Shown here piece by piece: positions 43,474 through 54,308 of a stretch of DNA of 64,000 bases (its first letter is position 1; the number at the start of each line of letters is the position of its first letter). The stretch is from a virus (lineage: Duplodnaviria; Caudoviricetes). The notes beneath the pieces are model-generated. The model made no database searches and was not told the DNA's origin. It worked only from the letters and a program-made list of their open reading frames with translations. The stretch lies in the IMG/VR virus record IMGVR_UViG_3300028048_002144; one strand, 5' to 3'. Made by a program: the position numbers and the translations under genes.

Positions 43474-44005
43474 TAGTTTTTCGCCCATGAGTAATTTATA
43501 AAATCTATTGATACTAATTATTTTTTCTCTTTTTCTTTATCACTTTCTTTTTCTTCCTTGTTTCTATCTTTTTTCTCTAAGCATACTTTATCATCACAAT
43601 CTTCACAAAACATATACGTGACTTTGTGATCTACTATAGGGCAATATTTACTCATGTTCATGCCTTTCTAAATTAAATTGTCCATATTTTTAAAACTGTT
43701 AAACTAAGTAAAATTTGGGCAAAGTATATAACATCTTTACAGTTTTTTACTTTATAATGGCTATTAGTTATAGCATTTACTATGTTAACTAGACATTTTT
43801 GCACTTCTGGAATTCCTAAAGATGCAATTGCAATAATCACTGCGACAAATATTACCATTCCTAGCGCATATTCTGAACAATATGGTGAGTCATAATTTTT
43901 CACAGCGTTTAAAAAATTTATTGCAAAACTCATAGAAATTAGTAAACACGTTGAACATAAGATTACTCTTGACATCATTTCCATCATAAACATTCTCTCT
44001 TTCCG

Positions 44006-44500
44006 TTATTTGAGGAGTTCATCAAATTCCTTCTCTGCTGCTTCAATAACACGATTAATACTCTTTTCTTTCTCTTTATCGCTTACGTCAATTGAATCTA
44101 AATTATACATAACATATTCGAGATATTTTTCTTTCATCCAGTTATCAAATTTATCAGTTGTAAGAGTTTTAAGAGTTATATAAATAGATTTTCTTTTGTT
44201 TATAATCTCTGAACTGTTTGATAAAGGATATCTAGTGTGCTTAATAGTATTCTCTATACTCCCCCACAAACATTCATATCCTGCGATTACAGATTTTAAG
44301 ATATCATCTTCTATCTTAAATGGCAGTCTATGTTCTTCTTCTTCATACAAACCTAATTTTTTGCTTTCAGCGAAAATACATTTTAGATTATCAAAGATAT
44401 CTTCTTTTGTTTTTATACCAATAGCTTTCCATTCTTCTTTTGTAACTGGCAAAAGTTGCTTTATTTTTGCAAATTTAATATTTCTCATGAATGGCTTCAT
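44006..44500 (-). CDS. Hypothetical protein, paralog of the C-terminal part of 47099-47842
   Basis: K.A...Q.LP.T.E.W, CIF.E.K, I..GYE shared. Confidence 0.65.
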   Translation of the reverse strand: MKPFMRNIKFAKIKQLLPVTKEEWKAIGIKTKEDIFDNLKCIFAESKKLGLYEEEEHRLPFKIEDDILKSVIAGYECLWGSIENTIKHTRYPLSNSSEIINKRKSIYITLKTLTTDKFDNWMKEKYLEYVMYNLDSIDVSDKEKEKSINRVIEAAEKEFDELLK

Positions 44501-44627
44501 ACTATCTTCCTTTTGAAAACAATTTCTATATTATTAATATGACTTGAACTTCTACTTTTAAGGATTTTCGTTCCGTTTTTCTATAAAAAAAGAACCCACA
44601 AATTGTGAGTCCTTTTATAGTAAATCA

Positions 44628-45476
44628 TTATTCTTCCTTATTTAGTATTTCTGCTATTTTAATATTCCTCAATTTTCTTACTATTAAAGCAAAAATTATT
44701 CCTCCTAATACGGCAGCAGCAGTTGATGCATATATAGTTACATCTTTTGGATATCCTTCAAAATTAATGAATCTCGGGATATAAGATATCGCCTGGTATA
44801 TTACAAGTAGCAAATATACAAAATAGATATTATCTGTTACCTTAAACCAGTAGCTTAAATAAATGCCTACCGCAATCTGTATAGGTATAGAATATACGTT
44901 TTCATTTTCTACACATCCAAATATTGCTCCGGCTACAACTATATATAATAATGGGATATCATATAGATACATCTCCAACCTTTTATTAGTAACATAAATA
45001 AAGAGTAATATCTCTATTGCAGATACTACAAATATCTGTAGCAATGTCTGAATTATATTGGCTGCATTTACATACATTCCTGTAATATTATTCATTGTAC
45101 TGTTAATGTATGATGCTGTTCCAAAGAATATAATAGGGATTACTGCCAGGGAATACCGTTTCTGCGTCCTAGAAGGCCTCAAATCGGCTTTAAAGTCCTT
45201 TATATAGTTAGTTCCTAGATAAAAGCCCATAATCGCCATAATGACGTAATATAAAGTCGATATGATGTAATTAAAATTAGCAGTATTAAATCCTTCATCA
45301 TCTTTAAAAATCCTAAATATGCTGAATACTACATTTCCTAGCATAAAAAACAGCACTATAAAGAATATTGATGGAAGAAGTGTTTTTATCGATTGCTTTA
45401 ATCTATTTATTAATCGCTCGTCTTTATATGTATAAAGAGATATATCATTTGCAGTTCTTACTTCTCTTTTTGACAT
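44628..45476 (-). CDS. Polytopic membrane protein (possibly degenerate CPBP/CAAX family)
   Basis: About 7-8 hydrophobic segments; AIEILLF, IFG. Confidence 0.55.
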   Translation of the reverse strand: MSKREVRTANDISLYTYKDERLINRLKQSIKTLLPSIFFIVLFFMLGNVVFSIFRIFKDDEGFNTANFNYIISTLYYVIMAIMGFYLGTNYIKDFKADLRPSRTQKRYSLAVIPIIFFGTASYINSTMNNITGMYVNAANIIQTLLQIFVVSAIEILLFIYVTNKRLEMYLYDIPLLYIVVAGAIFGCVENENVYSIPIQIAVGIYLSYWFKVTDNIYFVYLLLVIYQAISYIPRFINFEGYPKDVTIYASTAAAVLGGIIFALIVRKLRNIKIAEILNKEE

Positions 45477-45509
45477 AACTGATCCTTTCTTATATTTGTT
45501 TAAGTGAAA

Positions 45510-46103
45510 CTAAAAATAAACATGCGTCTGATAACCGCCAAAATTGAGTACTTTAAGTGTACGATGACGAGTATTTTCAAAGTCAGTATCCTTTTCTGTA
45601 TTGTTCTTTGAAGCTTTTACTTTATCAACATACTTTAGAGTTGGCTTACTTGATGGATCCGTATCCTTAGAAATATAGTAAATTACATATCCATCTTCAA
45701 TGTTTTCTAATGAATATTTATTATACTTCTTTTTATCTTTGGTATACTTTTCTTTAATTGAAGCTCTAATATTTTTAATAGAATTATCTGGATTCTTAAA
45801 TTTCATAACAACTCTATCACTATTTGTATCTATAATATTGTTATCTTCATCTATAAAATTTATACTTACCAAACTGTTTTTATTGTTAACCACATAATTG
45901 ATGAAATGAGTATTGATAATATTGCTGCTAAAAGATATAAACAATCCTGCAAGCATGAAGAACTTTGCAAAAAAGAGAAAATCCTCCCATCCATTTCTTT
46001 CTGAATTTTTATAACAATAAAAACCGAATGCGAAAATTGCTATTCCAAATAAACTAAGTCCTATACATGTATTTCTACTTATTATTTCACTAAAAAAATC
46101 CAT
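45510..46103 (-). CDS. Membrane protein, paralog of 28459-28959
   Basis: Colinear similarity. Confidence 0.7.
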   Translation of the reverse strand: MDFFSEIISRNTCIGLSLFGIAIFAFGFYCYKNSERNGWEDFLFFAKFFMLAGLFISFSSNIINTHFINYVVNNKNSLVSINFIDEDNNIIDTNSDRVVMKFKNPDNSIKNIRASIKEKYTKDKKKYNKYSLENIEDGYVIYYISKDTDPSSKPTLKYVDKVKASKNNTEKDTDFENTRHRTLKVLNFGGYQTHVYF

Positions 46104-46136
46104 AATAATTATCTTTCCTTTCTGTTTTTATTCTTC

Positions 46137-46553
46137 TTATTCTGCTTCATGATCTGGAAATTCAGCTTCTGGTAGCCAAGCTTTAGGATTGAAATACAGT
46201 TTATACTGATATGGATTTTCTTCCTGGTCATCTAATGTTTCTATAATGTATGTAACATTATCAGCCAATCCAATGTAATACATCTTAAACTTGTCTTTAC
46301 CAGTCTTAATCATGACTTCAAGCTGATGTCTGCCTTCATCTCTTACTTCTGTAATAGCGATTCGACCACTCAGAACAAGCAGGTTATCTCCAGTAATGCC
46401 ATTGATTACTGTAATTCTTCTCATAGACTTAAAATTATCAGCATCTTTCTTTACGTTATGAGTCGCAATCTCATTTTCTGTACATGCTGTAAGTGGTGTA
46501 GTAACTACGCAAATAGCAAAAACTAATACTAAAAGTTTCTTAATCTTTCTCAT
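46137..46553 (-). CDS. Phage-type lipoprotein
   Basis: Lipobox LTAC; RRITVIN, GLADNVTY. Confidence 0.75.
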   Translation of the reverse strand: MRKIKKLLVLVFAICVVTTPLTACTENEIATHNVKKDADNFKSMRRITVINGITGDNLLVLSGRIAITEVRDEGRHQLEVMIKTGKDKFKMYYIGLADNVTYIIETLDDQEENPYQYKLYFNPKAWLPEAEFPDHEAE

Positions 46554-46556
46554 TTC

Positions 46557-47000
46557 TTATTTCTCACTTTCTTTCGATTTTTTCTTTTTTACTCCGAATA
46601 AATTATCTATACTTGCCGGATCCTCTGGTTCGATGGTTTTATATATTTCTAGTTCACATACAGACTGATAAATCAGACTAAATAAAACTACAATAATTTG
46701 AATAGCAATAATTACTCCATCAGCCATTGTTGTTAAAGTAGATAATTTAAGATTTGATATTTTACTTACTGCTGATGCTATATGATTATCAAAAAAGCTT
46801 ACTACCATAGCCACAAAATTTATTTCAGCTAAAAATAACGGAGTGAGCGGATGCCTTCCTATACGTCTGCATACCTTGTCTCCGCTCAATGTAACTTCCC
46901 AAAATCTTACTAATAATATAAGCATTGTTATAGTTGTTAAAAATGAAGCTAAAGTACTTAACTTAAATGCCCATGATAAAAATTCTCCCGTATTATTCAT
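46557..47000 (-). CDS. Membrane protein
   Basis: Three hydrophobic segments. Confidence 0.6.
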   Translation of the reverse strand: MNNTGEFLSWAFKLSTLASFLTTITMLILLVRFWEVTLSGDKVCRRIGRHPLTPLFLAEINFVAMVVSFFDNHIASAVSKISNLKLSTLTTMADGVIIAIQIIVVLFSLIYQSVCELEIYKTIEPEDPASIDNLFGVKKKKSKESEK

Positions 47001-47098
47001 TTTTATCCTCCATTTCTGAAACTTTAACCTTCAGCTCTGAAATAAAGTTTTCCATGCAATTATATTTATCGCAATTCACTGTATCTCCACAGAGTTTC

Positions 47099-47842
47099 TT
47101 ATATTCCTGGTATTCCTCTTCGTTTCAAGGCCTCTTTTGTATCTTCAGACATTTCATAGCCCTTACCCCATAATTTGAATAAGATGTAATCATTTCGTTC
47201 TTTTTGGGAAAGGCTTTTTAATACAAATATTAGATACTCATACATCTTTGCTTTTTCTTCATACATTTCTGTTTTTGTAGCATTTTTATATAAGTGAAGC
47301 CAATATTCGTATCCAGATCTTATAGCGTTATATAGATTGAAACTAAATTTCGGATCTTCCATTAAGTTATTATAATTAAGCAAATTACCAGCTTTTAGTT
47401 CCAAAAAGATACAAAGAATTGTAGTGTATATTTGTTCTGGATCTTTAAATTTTGGATATGTGCATGTTTTATTAATTTTGTCCCAATTTTCTTCTGTTGT
47501 TGGCAGATATTGGAAAACAGATGCTAATTTCATATCTTTCTTTAGACTATAAAATACATCTGTTATTACAACATAGATCATCGTAATAATTGCCAAACAA
47601 ATAAATAATACTACTAATACCGAAAGGCCGCTTATCCAAGGTACTTTAGTAAAAAATTCAATCAAGTTCTTGGACATATATGGTTTAAACAAGAATAATG
47701 TGAGGTTGCCAATTCCATAAGGGATAGAAATGATCCCAGCTAGACAAAGTATTATTGTTAAAACACAAATAATGTCTGTTCCTGTATTAGTATCATTGAA
47801 AAATGCGTTTAAATACGATTTCTTCTGTTTTATTTCTTTCAT
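47099..47842 (-). CDS. Membrane-anchored hypothetical protein
   Basis: Two TM segments plus a domain shared with 44006-44500. Confidence 0.65.
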   Translation of the reverse strand: MKEIKQKKSYLNAFFNDTNTGTDIICVLTIILCLAGIISIPYGIGNLTLFLFKPYMSKNLIEFFTKVPWISGLSVLVVLFICLAIITMIYVVITDVFYSLKKDMKLASVFQYLPTTEENWDKINKTCTYPKFKDPEQIYTTILCIFLELKAGNLLNYNNLMEDPKFSFNLYNAIRSGYEYWLHLYKNATKTEMYEEKAKMYEYLIFVLKSLSQKERNDYILFKLWGKGYEMSEDTKEALKRRGIPGI

Positions 47843-48047
47843 TGATTTATACTTCCTTTCTTTTAAGCAATCTTATATATTTAATATGACTTAAAATTTT
47901 TGTTTTCACGGTTTTGTATTTGTTTTTGTTCAAATAACATAGCATTTTCGGTGATAATTTCTTATTTGTGAGGGAATATAAAAAAGAACCCACAAAATGT
48001 GAGTTCTTTTACTATGAATTTCGTTATTCTTTCGTTTCTATCTGAAC

Positions 48048-48329
48048 TTACGCCTGTTCCTGCAACTGTTCTTTTGCTAACTCCTTATATTTACCAAGGA
48101 TTACTCCAGTAATATGAGCGTATAGTTCCTTACTAAGAGGGAAAGCTACGTCCTCATATGTTCCATCTGCTTTAGCCTTAGAAGGGAATGCTACAAAATG
48201 GTGGCCGTTCCTATCCTCCATAACTCTTATATTCTTTACGACAAATGCATCATCAAGCGTAAAACTTCCGATTGCTTTTACTGCCCTGTCGTTATCAATT
48301 ATTTTAAGTCTTACTTCTGATACCTTCAT
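48048..48329 (-). CDS. spoVG: SpoVG family nucleic-acid-binding protein
   Basis: KA..SFTLDD.FVV.NIRV, FVAFPS, G.YEDVAFP. Confidence 0.92.
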   Translation of the reverse strand: MKVSEVRLKIIDNDRAVKAIGSFTLDDAFVVKNIRVMEDRNGHHFVAFPSKAKADGTYEDVAFPLSKELYAHITGVILGKYKELAKEQLQEQA

Positions 48330-48513
48330 GATTATTAATTCTCCTTCTTATTGGCTTCATTTTCTAGGACATTCATCCGAATAATAACATCCTATTTTTG
48401 CATGTTTGCATTTTTTACATTCCTTTGGAGTGTTTCTCTTGCTCGTTTTCATATCCTTTATCTTTCGTAAAATATTGTCAATTAATCTCATTATTTCACC
48501 CTTCTTATTTTGC

Positions 48514-48798
48514 TTAAATCAAATATATCAGCATAGTTACATAATGAATAATTTGGTCTTGTACATAATTGATTTTCTTATATCGTGCTTTTAGTGGATC
48601 TACGATTAAATGTGCTGCCAATAATACGCCTAATCTCCAGTCAAAGCCAAAGCATACATAAAAGGGCAGGCAGTATAACACGCAATGCACAAACAAGTGA
48701 TACCAATTTTCACCTTTTGTTTTGGCAATAAAATCAATCTGTAGTACATAATCACCTACTAAGTGGCAACAAATAAGTTTAAATATTAGCTCTGCCAT
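48514..48798 (-). CDS. DUF3307-like membrane protein
   Basis: HLVGDYVLQ, H..VD, DQIIH. Confidence 0.8.
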   Translation of the reverse strand: MAELIFKLICCHLVGDYVLQIDFIAKTKGENWYHLFVHCVLYCLPFYVCFGFDWRLGVLLAAHLIVDPLKARYKKINYVQDQIIHYVTMLIYLI

Positions 48799-51573
48799 TA
48801 TTCAATCCTCTCTGTGTAATCAGTTTCAAGTAAAACTACTCCATCTTCTGAAAAAGTGAGATCATCTATTTTTGTAACAGCATAATATCCATCTACATAA
48901 TCAGCTGTATTCGGAATAAATATCTTTGCATCTTTTGGGAGGCTTGATAATTCCTTAATTAACTGTTTTACAGTCATAACTTTTTCGTTTTCGTCCTCTT
49001 TCTCTTCTTTCTCTGATCTGATTAAAGGGTGATTGCCACACTTTAAATAGTTAGGACAAAATAAATCGCCATGATCCCAATCTGCTCCCCAGAGTTCGAT
49101 ATCCTTGCTCCGGAAAGATGTCTTAGTAAGCTTATGAAAATGCTTATCTAAATTTTTAACCTCGATTTGTACATTACCCATCCAAACCATTTCAGTTCCG
49201 CATTTTGGACACTTCATCGTTTTCTTCCTTTCTTAATTAGACTAAATATATTGTGTTATCTGGTGTTTCCCATTCGATATCATTTTCTGAAGAAAATATA
49301 TTCTCATCTGGATTTGCTATTTCTGAGAATGAATATTCTTTTACTATTGGAGAATTGTCGTCCTCGCCAGATAAAACTATTCTGGCAAGATCTTCTAAAG
49401 ATTTCTTTTCAAAGTATTCATATTCACCACCATCTAACATATTTCCATTACTGTCGTAGATATAATATCCAACCATTCCAATAGAACCTTCTAAGTATCT
49501 ATCGTTATCGCTTTCATAGATATATAAATAATGCATATCTCTTGTGCGATATAATGCCGCATTTTTTGTTAGCGGATTATCACTACTTGTTTTTGCCATT
49601 TTTATTCTTCTCCTATATATTTTTTAAGAACATTCAACATCATTATTTGTCCCTGTCCTAATAAATTGACTAAACCCGTATTTGGATCTGTATTGCATTC
49701 AATATTAAATTTCATATCTTCAATAGCATCATCAATATTGGAACGCAACTTAAATAATTGCTGATGTTCTGCTAATAATGCTTTATTGGTTTCAGCTAAA
49801 TCTAAAATTACGAGTCGCAATGTCTCATATTCAGAACGATCTACCACATCTGTTTTAGGCAATTCGCCAACATCATAAACATATTTTGCATTTCCGTCAT
49901 CATCAATGATTGACAAATTATCCCAATCGTCAATTCTTGATATATCCATATATTCTGCCATTTACTCTCCCTTTCGTTTACTCAAAGTTTTAAACATCTT
50001 ATTCCATTTCTCAATGAGTTCTTCTTTATCTTCGTAGTATCCCGTACTCATACCGCAATCACTATTAAGGCATTCAATCGAATAGTCACTACGGAATTTG
50101 TACTGATGAACCATTAGTTTTACACAGGAATGACACATAGGGCATTCGTTGTGGTATTCAGTTGCTTTTTCCTGCTTTGGTTGGCTGATTCTTATTCCTA
50201 TGCCAATGCCGATTGCCAAAGTAATTGCTGATACAAATCCGATAACTAAAATTGCTAGGTTCTTGTTCATTACTCCCTCACTTCCTTTATGTTTTTAACG
50301 TGGCTTTTCCTGAAGCACACATCTGTTTCTGGGCATCTTAAATAATAATGTTGTGGATGCATCATAAGTGGCTCAAAGTGTTCGTTCCACCCAAGTACAC
50401 CAATTCTGCTATGCCCATCAAGAAATGTTACTTCGACTTGCTTATTAAGATATTTGTCTAACTTTTCACTTCTTCTATTCATTTGTTTTCTCCTTTATCA
50501 AGTGATACTGTAACTAATGAATATGGGATTCGTTTAGTTTTGTCTGTAACTAAAATTACTCTCCAATCATATTTTTCTCGTTCTAATATATGATTAATTG
50601 TTTTCTTGGTTCTATATGCAGTAGATCGAGAACAATCTAAAGCAACTGCACCATCAAAACCAAGTTCTTCAATTATCATTCTGATATCCATTTATATTCT
50701 CCTTTAATATCCTATTAAAATTGCAATTTCCTTTGAATTAAAAAACACTTCTTCTACCTGATCTTCTTTTACGATATAAAGTTCTTCAAATTTCTTTATT
50801 GCGTCTTCTTTTGATCTGGCATAACAAAGAGCTAAATCTTCAAGTTCTTTATCTTCATTTATAATTTTAAGTCGATATAATCTCATTTACTTTCTCCTTT
50901 CATACTTAAATTCTGCTTTTAATATGAAAGAAATTTCCATAATAAAAACGCCCAGATCTCTCTGAGCGTTTATTTTTAAATATTTAATTTTTTCTTTTAT
51001 TTTTCGTTACATAAGACTTCTCTTATCTTATCAATATAGAAATAATCTTCTGACATGCTATCGTTATCATGATCTTTTATGATCTTCTCAATCTTTTGCA
51101 GCTTCTGCATTGATTTAATAGCAAAGTCTATTGCATACCAGGTACTAATAGGATGTGCTTCATATCCGTAGCCTTCGATGTAGCTATCCTGAATACCCTG
51201 TAAGTCTTTTATTGCGATTTCGTATGACTGATCCTCTTTTGATTTTTCTAAAGCTCGCCTTAATTCTTCTTCGTTCATTTACTCTCTCCTAAACTCTTTA
51301 ATATCTGTTTAAAATCATCATAATAGCCTACCCAAGCCCAATTATGTTCTAACGATTCAAGAGTGTTATAATAATCACCGTTTTTAATTAAACGTAATAA
51401 TGTATCCTTTTTATGTGAGTCGTTTCTGTCTCCATTTCTTCAATGATCTCGATCATTAAATGCATCATTTGTTCCATAGAGTCTTGAATTTGGTTTAGAT
51501 CTTTGTCATGTCCCACTTTATACTGTAGATCTCGTGCCTTTTCATACAATTTCTTTTTCTTATCACCTGTCAT
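48798..51573 (-). other. Run of about ten small phage-type hypothetical genes
   Basis: Tightly packed 60-140 aa ORFs with RBSs, some with CxxC pairs (48798, 49962). Confidence 0.6.
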
Positions 51574-51636
51574 TTGTTTATTCTCCTTCCAAACTTTATA
51601 ATTCTAGTAATAATATGAATGATTTTCGAAAGTGTC

Positions 51637-52086
51637 TTATAAGTAGCAAACGATTATTTCAACGTCAAAATCATCAAATGTTTTATGAATTATTTCTTCT
51701 ACTTTTTCCCATTTTAGCTTATCGAGTCCACAACCAATTAGTGGCATAGCAATTTTTAACGGTGTATCATCAGGACTAAAAAATAAATGTCTTTTTAGAT
51801 GTAATAATGCCTGCTCGAGAGTTTCGTAAGTAGGCTTTAAATAATAACGCTTCTTAGTAACTAGGTTAAATACGCCTTTAAAACCATCTATTTCTGTATA
51901 TAAACAATAACCTTCATCATTCCAAGCAAGAAATGGATACTTGTTAAATAGAGCGTCTTTTACACCTCTTTTTGCAAATTCTCTGGCTATACCAGCTCCT
52001 AATTCAAAATCCGAACTAATGCAATGAACTAAATAAAAATCGCTGTCTACTGTAAATAAATCTCTTTTTTCTTTTCTTATTTTCAT
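51637..52086 (-). CDS. Macro domain ADP-ribose hydrolase (Poa1p/DarG-like)
   Basis: DLF, HCISSD..LGAGIA, NLVTK, MPLIGCGLD.L.W. Confidence 0.9.
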   Translation of the reverse strand: MKIRKEKRDLFTVDSDFYLVHCISSDFELGAGIAREFAKRGVKDALFNKYPFLAWNDEGYCLYTEIDGFKGVFNLVTKKRYYLKPTYETLEQALLHLKRHLFFSPDDTPLKIAMPLIGCGLDKLKWEKVEEIIHKTFDDFDVEIIVCYL

Positions 52087-52946
52087 CTGTCATTCTCCAA
52101 GTCTAATTCTGTTTTCTTATTTTCTGCCCTACATTTATCTAACTTAATAGACCACTCATAATAAGATTTATCACTTATACCGTTGTTATAATATTCGTGG
52201 CACTTATTAGGACAATCTATACATTTACATTCCATATGTTTTCTCCTCTCTGTTTCCAAAATTCTGTTTATAATATGAATTATTTTTAGAGGGGTTTATG
52301 TGGGGAGTTTATGGAAAAAAATATGAGATTACGAGATTGTGAAAGAATATGTATTATTTGTTAGTTTGACCTGGTGTGCGTTTAATAGGACTAAGGATAA
52401 TATGCTTGATTAATATATTTAGCTAAAAGGTAATATGTTTAGTTAGAAACTTTAGCCAGAAGTTATATTCAGAGTTATAACCAGAATTTATTTATTAAAA
52501 GTAGGCAGCAGTTATATATAAAAAAACAGGCAGCTTATGCTACCTGTCTTGTAATGGGTTATATGATATTTACTTTTGTCTATTATCACTAAATATCACG
52601 AAAATCCTTACCGTACTTTTTCGACAAGCTATATATAGCCTTATCATATACTTCTTTCGTTATATAGTTGGTATCATATAAATTCTTTGTCAATATTACT
52701 TCTATTGGGATACCTTTTAGTTTATCTGCTTTCTGCTTACGCATTTCTTCTTTAACTTCTCTAAAATTTATTATTTTCTTATCTCTCATATATTTACCTT
52801 TCTTTGTGATGATTAATTACAAGGCAGCAGTATATAGTTAATCTTGTTTACAAGAAAAGATACTCTTACTTGCAAGAAGAGATATATTATACTGGGTGCA
52901 AGCAAGCTATATATCTGCTTGTTTAGCTATATATATTTGATTTTAC

Positions 52947-53166
52947 TTTTATTACCTATAATATGATAATAAAAGTATATTTTGATTTATTTCTATAAGT
53001 ATAGATGATTATTTTAGTTACCTATAATATGGTATTTTAAGGCTAAATTTTATTCATTATTTTTGCAGCTAGTGTTAGCTTTTATTACCTATAATATGAT
53101 GATTAAGTATAGGAATAGGCGGTTATTTGCTTTATGTTAGAGTATTTTTATTACCTATAATATGGT
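52947..53166. repeat. Four direct repeats of TTACCTATAATATG at 66-67 bp period
   Basis: Cores start at 52952, 53018, 53085 and 53151. Confidence 0.9.
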
Positions 53167-53591
53167 AAATATGTGGTTACAGGTAATTATTCTATCTCTG
53201 TACGGGAGAGTGTATGTATTGATATACGTTCGATTAGTTTCTATCCGCACATGAGAGGGATAGCCATTAGGTGAGGAATGGTATTATCTTTATCTGTGCC
53301 TATATGTCTTTCTTTATGCCACAGGGGATATATTACTGTGCGAGTGGTTTATTATTTAAGTGTAGGCAAGTATTATCTATGCTTCTCAGGAGAAGTAATG
53401 GCTATGATGATAGTAAAAGTATAGGCTTATGGTTATATCATATTTATTCTCTTATTTATAACCGAAAAGTATTCGTTTTTAATCATATGAGAAGTAATTT
53501 CTATGGAGAAGTGTATGATATACTACACTTTGATAAAGTGTAACACTTTAATCAAAAAACACCCTCTTAAAAACAAGAGGGTGTCCATACA

Positions 53592-54308
53592 TTAAAGTCC
53601 AGTAAAACAAATAAAGAACGACATTAATAACCAAGTAATCCAATATAGCTTTATAAAAAAATGATCATTCTTAAAATACTCTTCTGGTAGAAATCCAAAT
53701 AGTTCTGGTCTGTTAGATGAAGTATAAAGAATCATCTTTGAGCCTTCTTTATAAGCTTTTTCAGTAAATAATTCTACCTTTCTTAAAGGCATTCCCATTT
53801 TATTTGTACTGCTAGGAAATGTTCTAGCAGTTGTTCCATATGTTTCTAAAGCTTCTTTCTCAGTAACCCATACATATGTATTAAACTCATGTAGGTCTAA
53901 TGGTAACATACTTGAGAAAGTAACATCCTTTGTAGAAATAGTTTGACTATGCGCAGGCACACTTCTCTCTACCATTCCAAAGGTCTTTTTATCCTTTCTG
54001 TAAGGAATTCTACCCCATCTAGGGCCTTTCTTATTCTTTATGAAGTAATTAACGATATTTTCGTTGTTATCGTATACGTATCTCTTTCTACCCTTAAATA
54101 AAGTGCTTGCTGCCATTAAAAGCAAAAGAAAAACTATACCAGAAAGAACTTTATTGATAGTATTATACATACTATCTGGCAACCTCATATCATAAAGAAA
54201 ATATTCTACTGCATAGCAAATAACACATACAACGGGTGCAGCAAACATGTTAAATACGAAATAATCTCTTTCCTCTTTCTTATAAGCTTTATAATTAGTG
54301 TCCGACAT
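53592..54308 (-). CDS. Membrane protein
   Basis: Three hydrophobic segments; promoter motif at 54365. Confidence 0.65.
   Translation of the reverse strand: MSDTNYKAYKKEERDYFVFNMFAAPVVCVICYAVEYFLYDMRLPDSMYNTINKVLSGIVFLLLLMAASTLFKGRKRYVYDNNENIVNYFIKNKKGPRWGRIPYRKDKKTFGMVERSVPAHSQTISTKDVTFSSMLPLDLHEFNTYVWVTEKEALETYGTTARTFPSSTNKMGMPLRKVELFTEKAYKEGSKMILYTSSNRPELFGFLPEEYFKNDHFFIKLYWITWLLMSFFICFTGL

Larger units (their letters stand above)
42079..43497 (-). mobile_element. IS200/IS605-family TnpB-only element (left end degenerate, boundary inferred)
   Basis: Right end hairpin CCCATTGG-TTTTAG-CCAATGGG then GTCAA at 42079; candidate target TTTAT at 43502-43498. Confidence 0.7.

Noticed and set aside
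52947-53166. Calling the phased repeats a CRISPR array
   Set aside because: The conserved core is too short and variable at its edges, with no cas genes or clear leader; kept as an unexplained repeat
53271-53543. 90 aa + strand ORF
   Set aside because: Atypical composition, no recognisable motif; cannot be supported
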